Positions 33,738 to 41,438 of a stretch of 41,438 nucleotides of DNA are shown piece by piece. Source of the stretch: Octopus bimaculoides. Taxonomy: Eukaryota. The position numbers and the translations under genes were made by a program. The stretch lies in the NCBI RefSeq assembly GCF_001194135.2, contig NC_068983.1, forward strand, positions 111,449,434-111,490,871, read 5' to 3'. Positions within the stretch are counted from its first letter, which is position 1. Each line of letters begins with the position of its first letter. The notes beneath the pieces were generated by a model. The model was not told the DNA's origin, ran no database searches, and saw only the letters and a program-made list of their open reading frames with translations.

Positions 33738-35352
33738 CAAGGTGTTCACATTAAATTTGACAGTTTGCTTAAAAGGAAAATATAACACAATATCCCATCC
33801 AAAATAAAAATATTTAAAAAAATCAAAAAGTTTCAACTAGATTATTCAATGTAGCTGCCCTCAGCTGCCACTATGACCTGAAGAGAAACCCAGCTCTGCA
33901 TGTCAATGTGAAGATTGTTATGTATACCTATAAGATAATGATGGGTGAGAACTTACCCTATATTTTCTGAAGGTGGCGAGATAAACGTTTGTCAACGACC
34001 GTTTGGCAGAAATGAAATAACGTTGGTATGGATAACCAAATATATATACAGGAAGTTAGCATAGTACGAGACAGGTAACCTCGTTCACTTCCTATTAATG
34101 AGCAAGGCAGGTAATCTCGTACTTCCTGTTAAAAATGGGATTGGGGAGGACAGCTGGAGCTTGGCGTGGATAGAACCAGAACAAGAGACGGAGCTGCATA
34201 CAGGTTGGACCGTTCACTACCTACCTTGAAACCATTGAGACTGGACATAATCTCCATAAATGAACATTTACTTCCCTGTTTGAACACTTTGTTGTTGCGA
34301 TCAGAAGTTTACCCCTTTTTCTTACATTATTAATTTGTCTGATCATAACAAGATCTTGATCTTGATTGGCCACCAGCTTGGCCTTTGTGCTGCAGGAAAA
34401 TCAGTTTGAGTATTTTTCAACTGTGCCACACACATAAGTAATCTATAGGATTCCAATTAGGGGAATTAGGAGGCCAGAAGTTGGGGTTGGTGAAGTCATA
34501 GAAATTCTCTGACAAATACTTCAGATTCTTTCCAATGACTGTATCCTGCAGTCATGCGTATGGCATTCCAGCAGTAATTCTCTCCAGCCAACAGTTGACC
34601 ACAATCTCCAGCAGCTTCAGGCCCTGTTAAAAAAAGGTGGGACAGTGTGATGTCACCCTCACTGGAGAGACACCCAAAGACCATCACAGTTTGGGGTAAC
34701 TTGGTTTTACGAACATGGGACATCACATGGATTGTAGGCAAGCCGCCAACTGTTCTGAGTGTTATACAACAGGTCCAGACAGAAGTTCTTTCCATCTGAA
34801 AAGAACCAGATCATTCCTGGCTCAACAAAATGTCTCAGCTTATTCAGGAGCTTCTTTGCCTTTATTAAATGGTTCTCTTTGGCCTTGGCTGTCAGAATTT
34901 GTTCGATGTGCTTCTTGCATGAGTGGTAGCAAAGGTCTTCATTTAGATCCAGCTTCATGGTGGTGACTCCAGTTCTCATCTCTCTAACCAAAGCATGAAT
35001 TCCCTTGCTCAGATCTTCCATCACCTTGCCTTGCATTTAGTAAAGGAATTCCAGTATACAAACACAGTCAACATGCCTGCTGGGGGCTTCCTGCTGGCCA
35101 TAGCCTTGTGGTCTCCATTGCAGCTGTCCATATCATGTCTTACACCTTTTACAGTATCTTGAGCAGTAATCATAATTTCAACATTCTGACACCCAGTACG
35201 AACTATCATGATATGGCTTCCAGTCTTTCATGTCAGCTAACTTTGTCTCAACTACCAGCTTAATCTTTATGCTCTCCAATTCCATTGACCATTCACCAAT
35301 ATATATGAAGAAAGGAGACATAAAAATCATCAAATTTTACCCAAATACCTTG
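33738..35352 (-). mobile_element. Decayed maT/DD37D-like transposon interrupted by a solo LTR
   Basis: TA-bounded termini CAAGGTGTTCACATTAAATTTGA and (rc) CAAGGTATTTGGGTAAAATTTGA. Transposase motifs KAKKLLNKL...WFFSD, VMVFG..SSEGD, LQD, FWPPNSPNWNPIDY, and C-terminal VAAEGSYIE*. Confidence 0.85.
33916..34350. mobile_element. Solo LTR (435 bp), probably Ty3/Gypsy-type
   Basis: Starts TGTTATG and ends CATAACA (7-bp perfect inverted repeat), with a 4-bp duplication AGAT at 33912-33915 and 34351-34354. The maT sequence resumes on both sides. Confidence 0.8.
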
Positions 35353-35734
35353 TATAGATGAAAAAGTGTCTAGTACTGAATGCTGGTCTTTAAATGTTGT
35401 AAGTAGCATAATTCATTAAATATACAACTGAAATATTTCTCTTGACTTCTTAGAGATAGTGCCCATATGAAAATGATTAATATATAATATATATGTGTAA
35501 CAATTGTTTAAATAACTTGAAAATTTTCAGTCTGAAATAATTATAACCATTAACATTATTATAATAATTTTGGTTAACTTACCCTCAACTTAATTTCAGA
35601 CAAACTTGGTGGAAAACCTAATCAATAACTCAGGGTTGATGTAAGCAACTTACCCCTTCCCTCAAAAACTTCTGATCCAGTGCCTAAATTTGAAACCATT
35701 ATAAAATATTAAGTTGAAAATACTTCCCTTATAT

Positions 35735-36110
35735 AAGCATTTTCCAATGAACTGAAAATAGGAAAAACTTTTTAAAAGAAACAGTTTTAAACTAAGTTAC
35801 AGCTGTGCTCCTAGCCTGAAAAATCTTATAGTATGTAAACTGATTAAATTAATTGTGTTTAACTGCATATGCTGATAAAAATCAAATAATGTAGTAATGA
35901 GGCAATCATATATGAAGCAGGTGTCATCTTCATGAAACTAAACCTTAAAATAGTGTACAAGCATTATATGGCATTGCAGAAACATAATTAAAACAACATT
36001 ACTTCAGTCAAACTTCTTCAAGGCATACAGAAAAGGGTAAAACAATGACATTATCCAATTACATTTGAAATTTTAAAGAACTTGCTACTGATTTCAGTAT
36101 CAAGAGGAAA
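35735..36110 (+). mobile_element. Penelope-like element remnant 1 (linker and GIY-YIG)
   Basis: KRNSFKLSYSCAPSLKNLI...AIIYEAGV...LYGIAET*LKQHY...RHTEK...TLSNYI*NFKE. Confidence 0.6.
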
Positions 36111-36149
36111 ATTTCCTTTTAATGGATTTCCATATGATAGGCAGATTAG

Positions 36150-37800
36150 TTGTGAGGATGCTTTTCATTGCTTCTAGACCTTCAGGAAAACATTGCTTCC
36201 AATCCCAAGTATAGATTAATTAATACAAAAACAGATTTGCAAGAATATCTTACTATTAACAATAATATTAAGGCAACTCACTGCCCTCTATTAGATTGAT
36301 TAACTTTTTCAGGATCTGGTATAGATAAATGCATTGCATTCTATACCTTCTAATATTAAAGATTACCACTATAAAATAGCACTAAAGCTGTCATAGCTAG
36401 ATTAAAGCTTATAAATAAAAAAAGGGCAGGTATATTTTCTTTTGTTTTATCATCAGTGATTATTATACTTCCATTAACCATCAGATAATTTTAGATTTTT
36501 TGATTCTATCCAAACCGAATCAATATACTTAACCCATAAATCACTTCTATTATATAACAATACCATCTGAACAAAAAGACACAACAAGGAACCATTCAAA
36601 GTTAGCATATGACTGAAGGACTTAGCTGAAGTTAGTGACATAAATGGCCAATACATTTTGCGTAAAATGAAGAATTTTCCCTTTAAAAAATAAGTATTGT
36701 AATATAATGATGAATTACTATCTTATTAAGAAAGTGAATTTCCAGTCGTGGGAGTATTTCAAAAAGGTGTCCACTATTTCTGTAATTAAACTTCAATATC
36801 ACAACAGACTCAGTAGAACATTGAACATACGTTCAACAAGTGAACTTTCTAGAATGACACTAACTTTATATAATACATTTAACCCATACAAAATATCTAA
36901 TGAGAAGATTTTCTTCATAAACAAACAATCCAGCCATTCTTGCTTGAATCATTTGAAACACCTGATGATTTCTCAAATAATATTTTCATTATTCTTGAAT
37001 TATTTTCCTTTTAAAAATAGAAAACATCATTTAAAAAACTTGGCTGAGATAAGATATATATATATATATATATAACCCAGACTATTCTATATCCATTGTC
37101 AAAGAAACAGCTTGTCATGATAATGAAACATTCTTAAAATGTGCTGTGAGAGAGAAAATTAAATTCATACATAACACACCAATTTCTTCAAACTAACTCA
37201 GAAACTGAGACAGATCAATTAATTAGAATAAATCACACTCTAGTGCAAATGTTTCTTCACCAGCAGTAAAAGCATTCTTTAGTATGTTCCTAAAATATCT
37301 TGCAAACATCAGAAATATCACAAAATGCCCAACAAAAGTACTATCAAAATTTTGTACTATACCACAAACGATTTTGAATAGAAACAAATTAAGAAATAGT
37401 CCACAAAGTTTACACGGACTCTATATAAATGTAATTGTACTTACAACTATGTCCTCTCAATGATCTATACTTGGAGAAATAATTGATTTGCTGTGAACAC
37501 TAAGATATTATTTGCCATGTATATGATTGAACGAGAAACATCTAAGCAAAATGTTATTACCAACACAATTTTTTTCTTTAGACACTGTAACAGAAACCCA
37601 CCTACACCAATGTCAGTATTTATTCGGTAGCTAAAGAACTTTAACACAAAATTTAACATTGCAAGGGAGGATCTTATTAAGAGCCAAACCATACAAGAAA
37701 TATGAAGCCATACCATTTATGTCCATTAGTGAAATCTGAAATACCATTTTCTAAAAATACTTTATTAATCATAAATTCAGAACTTATCTTGTCTTACAGT
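36150..37800 (+). mobile_element. Penelope-like element remnant 2 (RT through GIY-YIG), heavily decayed
   Basis: In order: QENIASNPKYRLIN, NSTKAVI...DYYTSI, KSLLLYNN...EPFKVS...AEVSDI.GQYIL, YNDE (catalytic YxDD remnant), FNPYKISNE...INKQSSH, KYHK..NKSTIKI, FRH...MSVFI..LKNFNTKFNI, AKPYKK, HLC. Confidence 0.7.
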
Positions 37801-37958
37801 TTTGGGCAATTCAATGTGACATTTTAAACCTGTAGTTTGAATGGGTAGAGACCATTGTGGTTTAAACATTCATTGATGATATGCAGATGCATATGTATTT
37901 TATGTATTTCTGGCATAAATGTGTGTATTGATACACACACACATACATTTATGCATAA

Positions 37959-38011
<53 letters not shown>

Positions 38012-38862
38012 ATTAAATCATATTACATTTAAAAACAATTAGTTAATTAGATATTTTCTTCAACAGAATAATAGAAAATAACAATCAATAACACGGTTAT
38101 GTAAACAATTATTTTAAAAAAATTTAAGTTTCAGTCTTTATTATTCTCAACCTAAAACGAGGGAGAAAAACAGTAAAATGAGTATCTTATATTCGTGTCT
38201 CTCTTTTCTAACTGTCATATGACATAGCCAATTGGGAAAAGCTTTTATATGACCTTCTTGTGTGACTGTCACATGACCTTAACACATGAGCATAGCCTAA
38301 TCAATCAAGCTGTACATTAACAGATAGCATTCTGAGCCATATTCTTTCTTAATAAACAATTTCTACAACGATGGCTAGGAAAATCAGGATCTGCACTACA
38401 GCTCCACATAACATTTGGGTATTGAATCCTGGGATTGGCTTGTGGGAGAAATAGAATTCTGCATTTTCATGCATTGCCAACTGCGAGTACCAAATTCTTC
38501 TTTCACAACCCTACATGAATGATAGTTCTTATACATGAGAACAACAAATGATATTTTTGCTGATGTGCATAAAATTTGAACAAGCTAGAATTAACTAGAG
38601 TCACATGAAGCAGTGCTGAATGAAATACAAGTGCGTACAATCTTATTCAACATGTTTGTGTACACTACAGTTAGTAAATTCCAGCTTGACTGAAGTATAC
38701 GTATATCAGTGAAGGCATTATTTACCATTTTTATATACATGCATGTAATGTATTTCATTCAATGCTGCCTCAGGCAACTCTCACTCTCTCCCCGTCTCTC
38801 TCTCTCTTCCTCTCTCCCTCTTTCTCTCCCTATATATATGAATATATGTGTATATATATATA

Positions 38863-38908
<46 letters not shown>

Positions 38909-39410
38909 TTTAATTATATGTATTTCTTCTATCTTAATGAATAAAAATTCTTCGGATAGAATAAATGGGTTAATACAAACCAATGTAGCAAAGAACACAA
39001 AATAACTTTGGTGTAGTTCCTGTTTTTAAGGCAGGAACTCCTTGAAATTTTGGGTATTTGAGTATATTTAAAAATTTAAGGAATGGAGAAAACGCATGTT
39101 ATAATTGCATACTTTATTCCTACCTATGTGATCCATAGGATCTGTGATATTAAAATTGTAACCTTCTCTTCAGGGAAAGCATGGGAATCATCTTAAACGT
39201 AAGACATTATGACCGAGTATGAAAACAATAGATGGATAAGGTTATGACGTGATTCATTTGAAAAAAAAAACCGTTAGAGAATTGGACGGGATAGTGGGTT
39301 GGACAACACATACATATAAATGTGTGAAAACATACATGCATACATAAATACATATACACATATATACACATACATACATATATATACACACATATATGCA
39401 CATATGTATG

Positions 39411-39445
<35 letters not shown>

Positions 39446-39482
39446 GCATACGTCCACATTTACACATATGCACATACGTACC

Positions 39483-40701
39483 CACGCACTAACCTAAAAT
39501 ATATCAGTAAATCCAGCAATCATCCAAATTCAGTAACGAGAAATTTGGTCAAAAATATTTCACTTAGAATATCCAATCTTTCTACGAATGAATGCATCTT
39601 CAATAAGGAGACTGAATTTTACAATTTAGCTTTATTAAAAGCCGGTTACAGAGAAAAGGTTAATTATATAAATTCTAATTAGGAAACCGATATGAGTAGT
39701 AATAATAATAATATTTTTAATAGCAATAGTAATAATGATACAGTTTTTAATTTAAATAAGAAAAATAAATACGAAGATAACCTCAATCATAAATTCCTTA
39801 ACGATAACAACAAGCTTAACATTCTTTCACGAAATAGGGGAAATAACCGTCAAATAAAACCTTGTCTCAACGATAATAATAAACTAAGACTATTTATAAA
39901 CAATACCGGAAAACATTCTAAACCAGAACCTAATAAATATGTCTGGGTAATTCTTCCTTTTAGTAAAAGTGTAAAATCAAACTTGGTATCCCAGTTCCAA
40001 AACGCTATAAATAAGAACTTTCCTAAACATTCTCACTACTCCCAAGTCATAAACACACACAAGGTTAGATTCGGTTTCTCTAACATGAAGAACATTTCAC
40101 AGATATCTGCACACAATATGAGGCTTTTGCATCCACTAGAGAGTTCAAACAGTAATAACATTGAACCAAACATTATTAACCCTTACCAAAATAACAATAA
40201 TAACACTAATAATAATAATATAGGAAACAATAATAATAACACGATACATAATAGTAATAGTCACAACAACAAAATCATTATTTCAGAGGTCAATAGCAAA
40301 AGAATTAGTTTTTTAAGTGAAAATGCGAAACTCAGAAACACTATCTACCAATTCAAGTTAGTACTCCCACAAATACTCACTTTTAGGTAGGTTCTTCCTC
40401 TACACCATTATCCACTAAAATTTCTAACCATTTTTCATCCTTTAGAGATAGAAACAAACGTAATTCCACGAGCCTTAGCAAACTAATTTGGGATCTTAAA
40501 GATAATAACATTAAATTTAAACTAGACTGGCTTATTCTTCCTATCTCTAAGCCATATGAAAAGGGTGGAAAATTTTGCAATATTTGTGTTACAGAACTCC
40601 TCTTTATTTTATTTTCAAAGAATAATCTGGTAAATACTTTCATAGAACATTCTTACAGATGTAAACACTGGCAAAAACATACATTTTCAGCATTTAAATA
40701 A
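39483..40701 (+). mobile_element. Penelope-like element remnant 3 (RT thumb, Asn-rich linker, GIY-YIG)
   Basis: TNLKYISKSSNHPNSV..NL...ISLRISNLSTNE.IFNK...YN.AL.KAGY; VWVILPFSKSVKSN...FPKH...HN; TIY...VGSSST...SNHFSSFR..NSTSLSKLIWDLK...KPYEKG...CNIC..E. One in-frame stop (39680-39682) and one frameshift near 40385. Confidence 0.85.
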
Positions 40702-41438
40702 CAGTCAATGTTTTTATTAAACGCTATCATATTTACCCGTAATAAGTAAATTCTTCAAATAGTTTTAATAAAACATACTATTAGTCCCTCAAAGGTTAGA
40801 AGATTAAAATTATTTACGATTCAAATTATTTATCTAAACTTTCGTAATTTATTAACCTAAATTAGAGCATATTTAAAATCTTGATAAACTCTTGTAACAA
40901 CCAAAACATACAAAATTTATGGACGTTTGAATATACCGGTATGGGTGTTTTTATATATACGCGTGTATCTGTGAGAGAAAATGTGTATGTGTGTGTCTGT
41001 GTATACACATTCAGGGTTTTGTATAAACTAGAGGTGTTTCTATTGACTTTTTTGTGTACATATACGCATTATCATTTATATTTTTACTTTTACCCTTATT
41101 TTTACTCTTATTAATATTTTTTTTTAATATATCAATATGCATTTACGTATGATTTTTTGGATGTATGTACATTTTTGTGTAAAGATGTATTTATTTACAC
41201 ATAGGTTTATTTATATATTCATATATGAGTGTACTTGTGAATAAGTATGAGAGCATATTTGTGTAGATGTATTTTTATAGAAAAATACATGTCCATATTT
41301 AGATGTATGTGTGTGTGTAAATATACATGTGCGTATATGATTGTGTATACAAGTTTATGTGAGTGTGTATGTCCACATGTGTATGTATATGTATGTATGT
41401 ATATGTATATATATGTCTGTGTATGTGTATGTGTATAT

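Noticed and set aside
39015-39139. Two short perfect hairpins (AGTTCCTG/CAGGAACT and CCTATG/CATAGG)
   Set aside because: Too short for a pre-miRNA, no CTRR Helitron terminus follows, and such hairpins are expected by chance in 41 kb.

Overview
AT-rich, microsatellite-dense animal genomic DNA with five N-gaps. The repeat families and (TA/CA/AAT/CAT)n load resemble my recollection of Octopus assemblies; this is inference, not a database match. I found no host protein-coding exon, rRNA, tRNA gene or CRISPR array that I can support, and nearly all ORFs in the track are microsatellite translations or TE remnants. The window is a layered transposon graveyard. Non-LTR remnants: a cluster of R4/Dong-type restriction-like-endonuclease (RLE) 3' ends sitting in (AAT)n tracts (1-2750), a Hero-like RLE fragment, two RTE families, CR1-like remnants and three Penelope-like remnants (35.7-41 kb). 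DNA transposons: a decayed full-length mariner, a full-length decayed pogo/Tigger, two maT-like elements (one split by a solo LTR) and piggyBac-type and mariner-type MITEs. At least three tRNA-headed SINE families are present. The best leads not explained by these elements are two single-copy hairpins of about 90 nt. The one at 13529-13616 has canonical Drosha/Dicer geometry on the minus strand; the other is at 29484-29578. A head-to-head SINE pair at 22323-22799 could form a long dsRNA. All family assignments come from motif recognition by eye, and the boundaries of decayed elements are approximate.
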